Shown here one piece after another: positions 27,300 to 37,209 of a DNA stretch of 64,000 bases. The DNA is taken from IMG/VR virus record IMGVR_UViG_3300031578_009156; one strand, given 5' to 3'. Numbering within the stretch: the first letter of the stretch is position 1; the number at the start of each line of letters is the position of its first letter. The notes beneath the pieces are model-generated. The model ran no database searches. It was not told the origin of the DNA and saw only the letters and a program-made list of their open reading frames with translations. The DNA is from an uncultured virus (IMG/VR IMGVR_UViG_3300031578_009156). Taxonomy: Duplodnaviria > Heunggongvirae > Uroviricota > Caudoviricetes. Both the position numbers and the translations under genes were made by a program.

Positions 27300-27719
27300 A
27301 TGAACTTACAACCTCTTTCGACTCACTTCACAGAGAACCAACTCCGTCCGCAGATCGTGCAACTGGCGGGCAGGCGGCTGGACCAGGCGGCACGGGATGC
27401 TGGGATCCACCTGGACGGCCAGCGGGACGGCCTGGTGCAGATCGCCACGGCTGTCCTGATGGACGGGGACGAGATCGAGCCCGAGACCGAGGTCGGGCGG
27501 CTCGTGGTCGGTGTGGTTGACCAGGTACTCACCGAGGCCCGCACGGGCAGTGGTGACCTGGCGCTGGCCCTGCTCCTGTGGCACCGCTACCAATACGGGG
27601 AGGAGACGACCCTCCCCCAGCACGCAATTGACTCTCTGACCTGGTTCACGAAGCAGTTCACAGTGAAGCACGGGCGGGGCGGCGGGCGGCACGGCCTGAG
27701 ACGGGGGAGGTTGGCATGA
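27300..27719 (+). CDS. Hypothetical protein
   Basis: AGGAG RBS; first gene after the promoter. Confidence 0.65.
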   Translation: MNLQPLSTHFTENQLRPQIVQLAGRRLDQAARDAGIHLDGQRDGLVQIATAVLMDGDEIEPETEVGRLVVGVVDQVLTEARTGSGDLALALLLWHRYQYGEETTLPQHAIDSLTWFTKQFTVKHGRGGGRHGLRRGRLA

Positions 27720-28123
27720 ACACCATCACCAGCCCCAACGAGGTGCAGGGAGTAGGGGGCAATGCTCTCGCCCCCCTACCCCGCCGCAAGAACCCCGACC
27801 GCATTGACCTCGTGGCCCACACCCAGGGCGTGACGGTCACTAGATTTTGGAAGCAGAACGGGCGGGACGTGCCCAGCCCTGACGGCGCCGAACTGAAACC
27901 CGTTGACTTCCCCCTGGCCGATGCAATCGCCTGGCTCAAAGCCAACGGCTACACTGTCCGCCAGTGGCCGAACGGGGCGCGGGCATTCAGGGGCCAGCCG
28001 TGGCCCATCCGCAACACGGCGGCGATACTGAGACGGCGCGCAGAGGTCGAGGCGCTGGCACAGGCGGGGCGGCTTCCGAGCGGCTTCACCTGGAGCGCCC
28101 TCGATTTTGCTTTCGACCTATGA
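27716..28123 (+). CDS. Hypothetical protein
   Basis: ATGA-coupled; GGAGG RBS. Confidence 0.65.
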   Translation: MNTITSPNEVQGVGGNALAPLPRRKNPDRIDLVAHTQGVTVTRFWKQNGRDVPSPDGAELKPVDFPLADAIAWLKANGYTVRQWPNGARAFRGQPWPIRNTAAILRRRAEVEALAQAGRLPSGFTWSALDFAFDL

Positions 28124-28137
28124 AGGGAGGACAAGAT

Positions 28138-28512
28138 ATGACACAAGACAATGGTGGCAATGGAAACGGGAGCGGCTTCCCTCAGATCGTCCGCGCAATC
28201 CGTGACTCTCATGGCTTGCGCAATGGGAAGTTTGCTGACCTGATAGGCGTGACCGCTGGATCAGTCACCAGGTGGTTGAACGGGACTCGCACCCCCACCA
28301 CCCCCGAACTGGGCAAGCTGCTGCGGGTCGCGGCTCCAGAGCAAAAGGTGGACCTGCTGGGCGCTTTGGGCGTCCAAGACGTGCATCAGTTTGCAACGGA
28401 CATCCTGGCCGTGTGCGGCGTGACGACCGTCATTACGAATGACAAGACGGTTGTGTTGGAAGCACTCGGTATCGAGGACGTGATGGTTGTTAAGGAACTG
28501 GCTCAAGTGTAG
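28138..28512 (+). CDS. XRE/Cro-like HTH protein
   Basis: GKFADLIGVTAGSVTRWLNGTRTP. Confidence 0.8.
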   Translation: MTQDNGGNGNGSGFPQIVRAIRDSHGLRNGKFADLIGVTAGSVTRWLNGTRTPTTPELGKLLRVAAPEQKVDLLGALGVQDVHQFATDILAVCGVTTVITNDKTVVLEALGIEDVMVVKELAQV

Positions 28513-28566
28513 CACGGCGGGCCGCTAAGGGAAAACAGCGGGCACGAACGGGGGAGCAATAGGGCA

Positions 28567-29043
28567 ATGGAGATGGTGATAGCAGTAACGTTAGCGGTAG
28601 TCTGGGCAACCTTCCTGGCGGGATTGCTGGCGGTGCGGTTCGACGCCTGGATCACGCGGGCACACGACCGCACAGAGGACCAGGCAGAATCTCGCCGTGT
28701 GGTTCCGACCTCCCTGTTGGTCACTGCTGGTGTGGCGGCCACAGAGACGCTGAGGGTGATGCGGTGGGGCCTCGTCCTCTGGGCTATTTTGCGGGAGCGG
28801 GTTGAGGGTTCAGTCATCGTACTGGCATTATTGACCCTCTTGGCACTGTGGCTGCTAGACGCACTCACATCCTATGGTGTGACGGGGCTACCGATGATTC
28901 GTGGCGACCTGGCGCGCGAGGCGCGTGTCCAGGCCGAACGGGTAGCCATACGGCTGGCAGCAATGCAAGAGGGAGGGGGGCATGACCACGCCACTACGGG
29001 TGGGGGGTTACCGATGGAATCGGACGAAGGCGACAGCGCTTAG
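28567..29043 (+). CDS. Membrane protein
   Basis: Several hydrophobic helices. Confidence 0.55.
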   Translation: MEMVIAVTLAVVWATFLAGLLAVRFDAWITRAHDRTEDQAESRRVVPTSLLVTAGVAATETLRVMRWGLVLWAILRERVEGSVIVLALLTLLALWLLDALTSYGVTGLPMIRGDLAREARVQAERVAIRLAAMQEGGGHDHATTGGGLPMESDEGDSA

Positions 29044-29359
29044 GCACCTACGGGAAATTCAGGAGCAAGTCGTGATAGGTTGCCAGTCTCCTCGTACAGC
29101 ATCAGAGCGATTGCCCGCCATTGCGATGCGGGCGGCCACAGTGCAGGAAGCGGTGGCTGAGTTGGCGAGCATAGCGGGCGCGGACTTGGGCAGGGTTCTG
29201 GGACAGTTGCGAGAGATTACGGCTGAGGCAGTTCGGGGAGTGCGCAGGCCCGCACTGGCAAGCGCACACCTGGCAGTGATCGGGACCTTGGCCGCGGCGG
29301 TGAGGACGGCGGTCGTAGAGATGGCCGCCAGGGCAGAGATAGAAAGAGGAGATGACTAA
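28982..29359 (+). CDS. Hypothetical protein
   Basis: GGAGG RBS; coupled to the next gene. Confidence 0.55.
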   Translation: MTTPLRVGGYRWNRTKATALRHLREIQEQVVIGCQSPRTASERLPAIAMRAATVQEAVAELASIAGADLGRVLGQLREITAEAVRGVRRPALASAHLAVIGTLAAAVRTAVVEMAARAEIERGDD

Positions 29360-29733
29360 TGTCAAACGTAGAGGAGCGGGCAATCAGGGAATACGTGGAG
29401 CAATGTAGGCAGCAGGCAGAAGAGCGGGCCGCGCGTTCTGTGCGAGCGGTCCGAAACAAACTAAACATTGAGGCCCAGCCGACCCCAGAAGGATTCGCGC
29501 GTATAGATAACCTGCTGTTCAGGGTGAGTTCCGATTGTACCATGCGTGTGCGCCGCGATGACTGGCCCGCGGGTGCCTGGCGGGTTATTGAGGATTGGGC
29601 CAGTTTGGGAGCAGCATTGAGTGACATTCCGAAACCAGCAGAGAAGGACCCCGTTCTGTTGGCGTTGGAAGAGATCGCGCGCACGCTGGTGGCGATTGCG
29701 AACCATACTCTTAGGATGAATGAGGAGTGGTAA
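29359..29733 (+). CDS. Hypothetical protein
   Basis: TAATG coupling. Confidence 0.6.
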   Translation: MSNVEERAIREYVEQCRQQAEERAARSVRAVRNKLNIEAQPTPEGFARIDNLLFRVSSDCTMRVRRDDWPAGAWRVIEDWASLGAALSDIPKPAEKDPVLLALEEIARTLVAIANHTLRMNEEW

Positions 29734-31016
29734 CGCTTGAACGGATCACGGCGATTGACCCGAAGGCGGCGGACGTAATTGCCACTCTGCGGGCCAGCAT
29801 AGACGGGATGCACGCGGCGCACAACTCCCCGCCGGCGCAACCTGGCCTTCGGGGGCTGCTGGTCGGGCGGCTCAATACGGCCCTGGGGTTGACCGCCAAG
29901 GACGACTCTCAACCCCGCCACGTCTTTTTAGAGGCGGCTCTGGGCATTGAGGGGGGGTCGAGCAAGACCCTCAGCATGGCCCAGTGCAACGCCACGATCT
30001 GGTGGCTGGACCAGGGCGGGGCGCAGTGGACGCAACACATCGTACAGGCGGCGCTTATGGCGGCGGGTCAGACGGTATTGCCTGATCCGCTGGTGGAAGA
30101 GGCATTGAGGATGGGCGCGGAGATTCGCCCCACGCAAGATAACCGGAAAAGGAGCAAGGTCATGTGGATTGATGAAGCAGGAGCGGAACGGAAGTTTTGG
30201 GGGTACGTTACCGACACGTTGGGGCTGACCCCCAATGATGTATTCGAGGCGCTGGGCGTGGATAGTTTACGCGCCAGCACGCAGACCAAGGAGCAGATCG
30301 TTGAGGCCCTGAAAGCGCGGGTCGAGACGAAGCAGGAGGAACTGCGGGCGGGACTGGAACCGAAAGAGGCACTTCACGGTGAAGCGAAGGCCATCTCCTG
30401 GATGGACACCTTCGCCCCTGGCGGGGAGATGGTCAACCTCACTGCCAGGCAGGGGGCAACGCCTGATGACATCGTGGCGAACGCCCTGGCCCTGGAGGCC
30501 GCCTGGGCGAAACTCCAGAAGTTGGGATGGACGGCCGTGCCGCGCGTGCCTCGGCGGGTGGTGAACGGGAAGCAGGAGCACAAGGGCAACGGCAAGGCAC
30601 CCGTGCAGAGCACTACCCCACCTCCCCCGACTACGCCCGCCCCAGGCCCGCCCCAGGCACCACAGGCGGGTAACGCTCCCCAGGCACCGCAGGCCAAAGC
30701 ACCCGCGCCCGCACCTGCTGCTGGCGGCAACGGGAACGGCGGCGTGGAGCAGATTACCGAGGTGCGGGTGACTGCCCCAGCGGGCAAGCCACAGGTCGAG
30801 TTCTGGCGCGCAAGCCGCAAGTATCCCGAACTCAAGTGGGCCTTGGGCGGGGAGGCCCTTCTGAAACTGGCCCCCGCACTGGCGGCAGCGGGCTGGACCC
30901 CTGAGCACTTCGACACGATCGGCGGAAACTTCGCAGTGAAGTGGGCAGTCGGCTGGACCCCATCGCCCAAAAACCCCAAGTGGAAGGACATCACTGAGGT
31001 TAAGGTGATGGGGTAG
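29727..31016 (+). CDS. Multidomain protein with Pro/Ala linker (possibly recombination/ssDNA-related)
   Basis: 429 aa; early-region position; function not recognised. Confidence 0.6.
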   Translation: MVTLERITAIDPKAADVIATLRASIDGMHAAHNSPPAQPGLRGLLVGRLNTALGLTAKDDSQPRHVFLEAALGIEGGSSKTLSMAQCNATIWWLDQGGAQWTQHIVQAALMAAGQTVLPDPLVEEALRMGAEIRPTQDNRKRSKVMWIDEAGAERKFWGYVTDTLGLTPNDVFEALGVDSLRASTQTKEQIVEALKARVETKQEELRAGLEPKEALHGEAKAISWMDTFAPGGEMVNLTARQGATPDDIVANALALEAAWAKLQKLGWTAVPRVPRRVVNGKQEHKGNGKAPVQSTTPPPPTTPAPGPPQAPQAGNAPQAPQAKAPAPAPAAGGNGNGGVEQITEVRVTAPAGKPQVEFWRASRKYPELKWALGGEALLKLAPALAAAGWTPEHFDTIGGNFAVKWAVGWTPSPKNPKWKDITEVKVMG

Positions 31017-31085
31017 GAACCAGGTCCCCGCGCTGGCGTGGGCTGGTGCGGGGACCACGGCCATACTGGGGAACGGACAGCAAAA

Positions 31086-31415
31086 ATGGTAGATAATCGA
31101 GAACCCTGGCAAATCGAGTACAGCATCATGGTACAGTTAGCAGCGGGTTATCTGACAGAGTTAGACATAGCACGAACCGACCCGCAACGGGCAGCAGTGT
31201 ACTGCGCGGCCTATAAGATCGTGGATGGGGGTTTGGAGAAATGGGCAAAAGAACAAATCGAGCGGGTAATCGGCAAGGCAAACGCAATCCTGGCCGAACA
31301 CGACAAGGGCGCGCTTATCGCTGTCCCAACTGTGGACGAGCACTCGTTAGAACGTCTGGTCGAGATGGGGTTGTGTGGTCTTGCCCCAAGTGTGGGTACT
31401 ACGAGGATTGAGTAA
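31086..31415 (+). CDS. Hypothetical protein
   Basis: 109 aa ORF in the repeat-flanked cassette. Confidence 0.55.
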   Translation: MVDNREPWQIEYSIMVQLAAGYLTELDIARTDPQRAAVYCAAYKIVDGGLEKWAKEQIERVIGKANAILAEHDKGALIAVPTVDEHSLERLVEMGLCGLAPSVGTTRIE

Positions 31416-31443
31416 CTAGACTAACTAGAAAGGATAAGAGCAA

Positions 31444-32703
31444 ATGATTGAGGTACGAAAAGTCAACGACATCATTTGGCGTGAGGATTTGTATCCCCGT
31501 TTTGCGCCAGACCCTGCACGAATCCAGCAGTATGCAGAGGCAATAGAACTACTCCCACCAATTGAAATCAATCAACGCGGCGAACTGGTAGACGGCTATC
31601 ATCGGTGGACTGCGCACAAGAAGGCATGTCGCGATACCATAGAGGTTATCATTACACAGACTGCCAGCGATGTGGAACTTGACCGCCTCATGGCAAAGCG
31701 CAATGCCGACTTTGGTATACAACTGAGCCAAGATGAGAAAATGAAAAAGGCCCGCCAGTGGTATACCGATTTGTCGGTGGATAAGAAACAGATCGCGGCA
31801 GACCTAGCGGTACCACAGCGCACGATTGATGGGTGGCTGGCGCGGAAAGCCAAGGACCTGAAAGCCGAGCGCGAAGAAATGATGGCCGCTATGTGGCTGG
31901 CTTGCTACACGGAGGAGGAGATAGCAGCAGAGGCAGGGCTGACACAACAAGCGGTCAGCGTGCAAGAATTACAAAAAAGCGCAAGGTGGCAGAAATTTGT
32001 TATTTTCTCAGAGTACCAGGAGCCAGAGTGGGAACCGCCACTTTTCGACGTATGGAAAGTACAGAATAAAAGTAACGCCACCTCTCACCCTGGCAATTCT
32101 GAAATGCGATGGGTTGACAACTTGCTCTATATGTACACGCAACCTTTTGACATTGTAGTTGATCCCTTTGCTGGCGGTGGCAGCACGATTGAGATATGCA
32201 AGAAACGCCTACGCCGTTACTGGGTGAGCGACCGCTTGCCAGTCGTGGAACGCCGCGACATACGCCAATGGGATATTCTGGACGGGCCTCCCCCGCTACA
32301 TAAGCGATGGGGCGATGTGAAATTGCTCTATCTTGATCCTCCCTATTGGAAGCAGGCAGAAGGGCAGTACAGTGATGATCCGCAGGACCTTGCCAACATG
32401 GACCTTGAGACATTCTATATCAACCTGACGGGTTTCATTGCGGCCTGCGCCGAGAAGATGCATTCAGGGGCCCATATTGCACTCATCATTCAGCCGACGC
32501 AATGGAAAGCACCTGGCCGCCAAGTGGTTGACCACATCATTGATACCATTCTGCGCTTGCGGGATGCTCCCCTGCGGTACACAAGGCGGATTCAATGTCC
32601 ATATGAGTCTCAGCAATGTACCGCACAGCAAGTTGACTGGGCCAAGGCCAATCGGGAAATTCTGGTCATTAGCCGCGAGATAGTCATCTGGGAGAAACCA
32701 TGA
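31444..32703 (+). CDS. ParB/Srx N-terminal domain fused to an N6/N4 DNA methyltransferase
   Basis: LVDGYHRW (ParB); VVDPFAGGGST (SAM binding); LDPPYW (catalytic). Confidence 0.85.
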   Translation: MIEVRKVNDIIWREDLYPRFAPDPARIQQYAEAIELLPPIEINQRGELVDGYHRWTAHKKACRDTIEVIITQTASDVELDRLMAKRNADFGIQLSQDEKMKKARQWYTDLSVDKKQIAADLAVPQRTIDGWLARKAKDLKAEREEMMAAMWLACYTEEEIAAEAGLTQQAVSVQELQKSARWQKFVIFSEYQEPEWEPPLFDVWKVQNKSNATSHPGNSEMRWVDNLLYMYTQPFDIVVDPFAGGGSTIEICKKRLRRYWVSDRLPVVERRDIRQWDILDGPPPLHKRWGDVKLLYLDPPYWKQAEGQYSDDPQDLANMDLETFYINLTGFIAACAEKMHSGAHIALIIQPTQWKAPGRQVVDHIIDTILRLRDAPLRYTRRIQCPYESQQCTAQQVDWAKANREILVISREIVIWEKP

Positions 32704-33230
32704 CGCGACAATCAGAACAAGACATTATATGCCATGTGTGCCATGCCAAGATGTTATGCCCAACCTGTGGTAAAACACAGAAGATGGGCACGCCATTTAG
32801 TTGGTGGCTGAGAGAATTGAAGTACCCCCTGGATAGCCAGGTCTTTGACAACGAGAACCTTGATTATATCTGGTTCAACTACCGTGAGGGCTGGCTTATC
32901 ACGATAGAGGAAAAACAGAATGGCGGGAGATCGAGCCAAGCACAACAAGACACCCACGGTGTTATTCGGCAGATGCTGGAATTGTCTAGCGGCACGGAGA
33001 TCCAAACTCTGCGCAAGAGGCGCAAGATCGAGTATCGCGGGCATTATGTGATAGCATTTGAGAACATGTCACCAACAGACAGCAGGTGGATAAGAATCAA
33101 TGATGTAATGACCGATGAGGTTGCCTTGAGAAATCTACTTGAGACTGGCACTTTTGTGCAAGATACCGCGACCGTGCCCGCTACTCCTCAAAGGAGAATC
33201 GCATGGCCGACACCCGCGCTCCCTGGCTGA
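32700..33230 (+). CDS. Zn-finger + possible PD-(D/E)XK nuclease
   Basis: CHVC..CPTC; NLDYIW..ITIEEK..SQAQ. Confidence 0.5.
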   Translation: MTRQSEQDIICHVCHAKMLCPTCGKTQKMGTPFSWWLRELKYPLDSQVFDNENLDYIWFNYREGWLITIEEKQNGGRSSQAQQDTHGVIRQMLELSSGTEIQTLRKRRKIEYRGHYVIAFENMSPTDSRWIRINDVMTDEVALRNLLETGTFVQDTATVPATPQRRIAWPTPALPG

Positions 33231-33328
33231 TTACGGTCAGCTGAGGTGATGGGATAGGACCACGGTCCCCGCGTCGGCCACAACGCGGCGCGGGGATCAC
33301 CAGACGAAAGGAAAGGACAAGGCAAGAG

Positions 33329-34246
33329 ATGGAGTACGTAGCGTTCGACTTGGAAATCGCAAAGGAACTCCCAGAGGGGTGCGAGGATTGGAAGGCGCAC
33401 CGCCCCCTGGGCATCTCCTGTGCGGTCACCCTGGCCGTCTCTCCTGAAGCAGAAGGGGAGCGGACGGAGCGGCGCTGGCACGGGGCAGAGCAGGCGGATG
33501 GGCGGCTGGCAGATCGGATGACGCCCCAAGAGTGCCAAGCATTGGCTGACTATCTGCTGATGAAAAAGTCTCAGGGGTACCAGATCGTTACCTGGAACGG
33601 CCTGGGCTTCGACTTCGACGTCCTGGCCGAGGAGGTTAATGACCTGGATGTGTGGCAGGCATTGCGCGACCTGGCGCTGGTCCACGTGGACCCCGCCTTC
33701 CAGATGCTCTGCGAGAAGGGGTTTATGTGCGGCCTCGAGGCCGCGGCCCAGGGGTTGGGCGTTGGGAAGAAGTTCGAGGACGTGCACGGCGCGGATGCCC
33801 CTGTGCTCTGGAAGCAGGAACGGGACGACCAAGACCGCGTTCTGGACTACTGCGCGCAGGACGTGGCGCTGACGGCGGCGGTGCACGATGAGATCGTGAA
33901 GCGGCGATACCTGACGTGGATCAGGAAGGACGGGCGGGTATCATCTCCCTGGCGGCCTACCTTTTACACCCCCACCGAGATGGCCGCAGATCGGCGGCTC
34001 CTCACGGTCACCGAGGCCCTTGCCCTTCCTCTTCCCGACACCTCGTGGATGGATAAGCCCTGGTCGCGGTCGAAGTTCCTCGGCTGGACTGAGCGCCCAC
34101 CTGGTCAGGAAACCTCCAACCTCTCCATTGAGGGTGTGACGGTCACGAAGGCTCCGATGGTCAAGATCAGCAGAGACCTCACGCAGTGGGCGTCTCCCGC
34201 AGATCAGTTGACCTTACCCATCGAGGAGGAGGTGTCTAATGGATAA
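33329..34246 (+). CDS. RNase H-fold (DnaQ/YprB-like) exonuclease
   Basis: AFDLEI, TWNGLGFDF and YCAQDV = ExoI-III motifs. Confidence 0.85.
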   Translation: MEYVAFDLEIAKELPEGCEDWKAHRPLGISCAVTLAVSPEAEGERTERRWHGAEQADGRLADRMTPQECQALADYLLMKKSQGYQIVTWNGLGFDFDVLAEEVNDLDVWQALRDLALVHVDPAFQMLCEKGFMCGLEAAAQGLGVGKKFEDVHGADAPVLWKQERDDQDRVLDYCAQDVALTAAVHDEIVKRRYLTWIRKDGRVSSPWRPTFYTPTEMAADRRLLTVTEALALPLPDTSWMDKPWSRSKFLGWTERPPGQETSNLSIEGVTVTKAPMVKISRDLTQWASPADQLTLPIEEEVSNG

Positions 34247-34592
34247 GCGCCTGTTGCTAGCGGTCATACTACTCTGCTGCGCTGCAATTGCATGCGGTGA
34301 TGACGTTGGTGGCACGGCAGTGCCTGCAGTGCTGTGCACTGTCTCCGACAAGGTATACACGCCAGAGACCACGGAATTCATACCTGTGCCACAAAACACC
34401 AGTCCTGGTGTGCCCCTGCCATCGGCAGGCGGATACAGGTTGTTGCCCCATACAACCCCTGAGTCATACGTGCTTATTCTGCAATGTGGCGACCGTGAAA
34501 ATAAGCTCAAGGTGAGTCAGGAAATGTACGGCTGTTACAGCATCGGCGATTCATTTCCAGGTGACGGCTGTAAGGAGGTGCCTAGCGAATAA
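34239..34592 (+). CDS. Lipoprotein
   Basis: Signal peptide with AIAC lipobox. Confidence 0.6.
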   Translation: MDKRLLLAVILLCCAAIACGDDVGGTAVPAVLCTVSDKVYTPETTEFIPVPQNTSPGVPLPSAGGYRLLPHTTPESYVLILQCGDRENKLKVSQEMYGCYSIGDSFPGDGCKEVPSE

Positions 34593-34702
34593 ACTCCCAA
34601 GGGGGCGCACCGCCCCCGCCCCCTGCCCCTCTCCTAGTCGTTGTCAATGAGGGGGGCAGCGGGCGGTGACTGTACCAGAATTCAACAGAGGAGGCAATAG
34701 AG

Positions 34703-35425
34703 GTGAGGCGGATTATAGCGGCTACAGTGGTGTGCGATTTCAAGTCTTATAGCATCGAGCGCGTGGTTCGGCGGCTGGTGGAACTGGAAGCGCCGGCGGG
34801 CATCGAGAAACTGGTCTACGTGAACATTCAGACCGCACCAGACAACCTCGAAGCCATGAAGGGGTACGAGTTCGTTCGTGACCTCGGCCTGTGCTACGAT
34901 GTTTGGGCGCAGGCTTCTTCCTGGTTTGGGACGCGGACGAGCGACCAGGACCAGACGCACAGACTATCCCCGATCGTCATGGCCAGGAACATGGCGCGGG
35001 AGTTCGCCATACTCGCTGACGCTGCGGCAATTATGTACGTGGACTCTGACGTGCTCGTACCCGTCAACGCGCTGGACGCTCTCTGGTGCGTGGACAAAAA
35101 CATCGTTAGCGGGTTGGTTCCTGGACGTGGGGTGCACTCTCACGTCAATTACATGGGCAGCGGGCAGCACCTGCAGGCTGTCAGCCCGAACTTGTTCAGA
35201 ACCGATTACGCAACCGCTGGCTTCGTGATGATTCGACGGCAGGTTTTCCGAGTCATCTCCTGGCGGTGGGGCGCAACGGCAGAAGACCTTGAGCATAATC
35301 ACTCGGAGGATCCTCTGTTCGGCTACGATGCGCGGAGATCGGGACTCGATTGGTGGTACGTGCGAACCGACATCAAAGCGGAGCACCTGGACAACCCCGA
35401 CCGGCCATTAAAGTCTAACCTCTGA
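34703..35425 (+). CDS. GT-A fold glycosyltransferase
   Basis: ARN, YVDSDV (DxD), GFVMIRRQVF, SEDPLF. Confidence 0.8.
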   Translation: MRRIIAATVVCDFKSYSIERVVRRLVELEAPAGIEKLVYVNIQTAPDNLEAMKGYEFVRDLGLCYDVWAQASSWFGTRTSDQDQTHRLSPIVMARNMAREFAILADAAAIMYVDSDVLVPVNALDALWCVDKNIVSGLVPGRGVHSHVNYMGSGQHLQAVSPNLFRTDYATAGFVMIRRQVFRVISWRWGATAEDLEHNHSEDPLFGYDARRSGLDWWYVRTDIKAEHLDNPDRPLKSNL

Positions 35426-35435
35426 GGAGATCGAA

Positions 35436-36032
35436 TTGACACAACCCATCACCGCTCTCAAAAACGCTCACCTGGGAGAAACGATTTGGATCGTAGGCAC
35501 GGGGCCAAGTTTGCGGTTTCTGCAGGCCAGACATTTTGGCCCTGGGCCAGTCGTGGCGGTCAACCGCTCGATAAACCACGTGCGCAACCTGGGGCTACCC
35601 AACGTCCTCTACTCTATGCAGAAGGACGGGGGGGACAAGTCGCGCTGCCCCAACTGCGGAGAGAACTGCAATAACCACATCAACTTACCCCCACCAGGCG
35701 TGCCGCTCCTGTTACACAATAGAGAATCAGAGCACTGTTTTCCAGATTGGCGACCGCGCTACATGATGGACGTGGAGAAGGACTTTGGGTACCACTGGTT
35801 TCTGTTCTCAGCCGCCGTCTGTGCCTGTCTGGCTAAGATGATGGGCTGTGCCAAGATGGTCTACTTGTGCTGCGACTCGATGCGGGGCGACATGCGCACT
35901 TACATACCGTACTACGGTGGCACAGCTATCCTGGTCGAGCGTGATCAGAATTACGTTCAGATGCCAGGCCAATTGACCAGCCTACTAGAGAAGCTGAGCA
36001 TGCCGGCCGAGTTCGTTTACCCAGAGGATTGA
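35436..36032 (+). CDS. Maf/DUF115 (sialyltransferase-fold)-like protein, copy 1
   Basis: KNAHLGETIWIVGTGPSL..VAVN; MMGCAKMVYLCCD. Confidence 0.7.
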   Translation: MTQPITALKNAHLGETIWIVGTGPSLRFLQARHFGPGPVVAVNRSINHVRNLGLPNVLYSMQKDGGDKSRCPNCGENCNNHINLPPPGVPLLLHNRESEHCFPDWRPRYMMDVEKDFGYHWFLFSAAVCACLAKMMGCAKMVYLCCDSMRGDMRTYIPYYGGTAILVERDQNYVQMPGQLTSLLEKLSMPAEFVYPED

Positions 36033-36632
36033 ATGGCAACACAACCTATCATTGCGCTCAAAAACGCTCATCCAGGGGAAACGCTTTGGGTGGTCGGGAC
36101 TGGCCCGAGCCTGGAATTCCTGAAGCGCGCCCACTTCGGTGACGGCCCAGTCGTGGCGGTCAACCGCGCGATCAACAAAGTAGGTAGGTTGGGACTGCCC
36201 AACGCCCTCTACTCTATGCAGAAGGACGGCGGGGATAAAAAGAGGTGTCCAAACTGCGGGGAGGTCTGCGGTGCCATTAACCTTCCCCCGCCAGGTATAC
36301 CTCTCCTGGTGCAGCTCCAGGCGTCTGAGAAATGTTTCCCCACCTGGGAGCCGCGCTACATCATGGATCTACAGAAGGATTTCGGTATCCCTTGGTGGCT
36401 GTTCTCAATTGCTACCTGCGCGCACCTGGCGCGGATGATGGGATGCGCGAAGGTGGTCTACCTGTGCTGCGACTCCATGCGCGGAGATATGCAATCGTTC
36501 GTGGTGGACCACAACGGCATTGGCACGCTTGACAAGCGGAACTGCGGTTATGGTCGCTACCCTGGCCTCTTGACCGCCGAACTGAAAAAGTTGGGAATGC
36601 CAGCCACGTTTGTCTACCCAGAGGAGAAGTAA
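36033..36632 (+). CDS. Maf/DUF115-like protein, copy 2
   Basis: Tandem paralog with the same motifs. Confidence 0.7.
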   Translation: MATQPIIALKNAHPGETLWVVGTGPSLEFLKRAHFGDGPVVAVNRAINKVGRLGLPNALYSMQKDGGDKKRCPNCGEVCGAINLPPPGIPLLVQLQASEKCFPTWEPRYIMDLQKDFGIPWWLFSIATCAHLARMMGCAKVVYLCCDSMRGDMQSFVVDHNGIGTLDKRNCGYGRYPGLLTAELKKLGMPATFVYPEEK

Positions 36633-36633
36633 A

Positions 36634-37209
36634 ATGCAATTCACTGGTGAGCGTGTAGTTCCTTGGGCCGAAGATATGCAGGGGTGGTCGTGGGTGATGC
36701 GGGACCACCTCGCCCGTTACCTATGGGCCATGAACTGGGTGGCTGGGAAAGACGTTGTAGACCTCGGCTGCGGGACGGGGTACGGGACGTTCATGCTATC
36801 CTGGCTGGCCCGCCAGGTCACAGGCATTGACGTTGACCAGGAGACCATTGACTTTGCCACCAATCACTTCCCTGCGCCAAACCTCACGTTCTGCGTGGGG
36901 GATCTGAATGACACCGAGGGTGACATGGCCTTTCGCATCCCAGCCGCGCAGGTATATGTGGCGTTCGAGATTCTGGAGCACCTTCCCTGCCCAGAGATGA
37001 CAATCATTGACAAGGTCCTGCTGAAGGGGACTTTTCTCTGGTCTGTCCCCATCAACGACCCTGGCCGGTTCCACAAGCGCGTATACGATGCGAGGTCTGC
37101 TGCGCTGCTGGTGCCTGGCTCTGTCATCTGGCACCAGTACGCGGATGGGCACATCGGGCCGCCTTCGGTCACCCAACCCAAGTACATCTTGGGAGCAGCC
37201 AATGCTTAA
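36634..37209 (+). CDS. SAM-dependent methyltransferase
   Basis: FTGER, HLARY, DLGCGTGYG, FEILEH. Confidence 0.88.
   Translation: MQFTGERVVPWAEDMQGWSWVMRDHLARYLWAMNWVAGKDVVDLGCGTGYGTFMLSWLARQVTGIDVDQETIDFATNHFPAPNLTFCVGDLNDTEGDMAFRIPAAQVYVAFEILEHLPCPEMTIIDKVLLKGTFLWSVPINDPGRFHKRVYDARSAALLVPGSVIWHQYADGHIGPPSVTQPKYILGAANA

Noticed and set aside
31022..31058. GGTCCCCGCG..GCGGGGA hairpins as solitary type I-E CRISPR repeats
   Set aside because: Loops are too long, they differ from the array repeat, and they are better explained as a duplicated gene end
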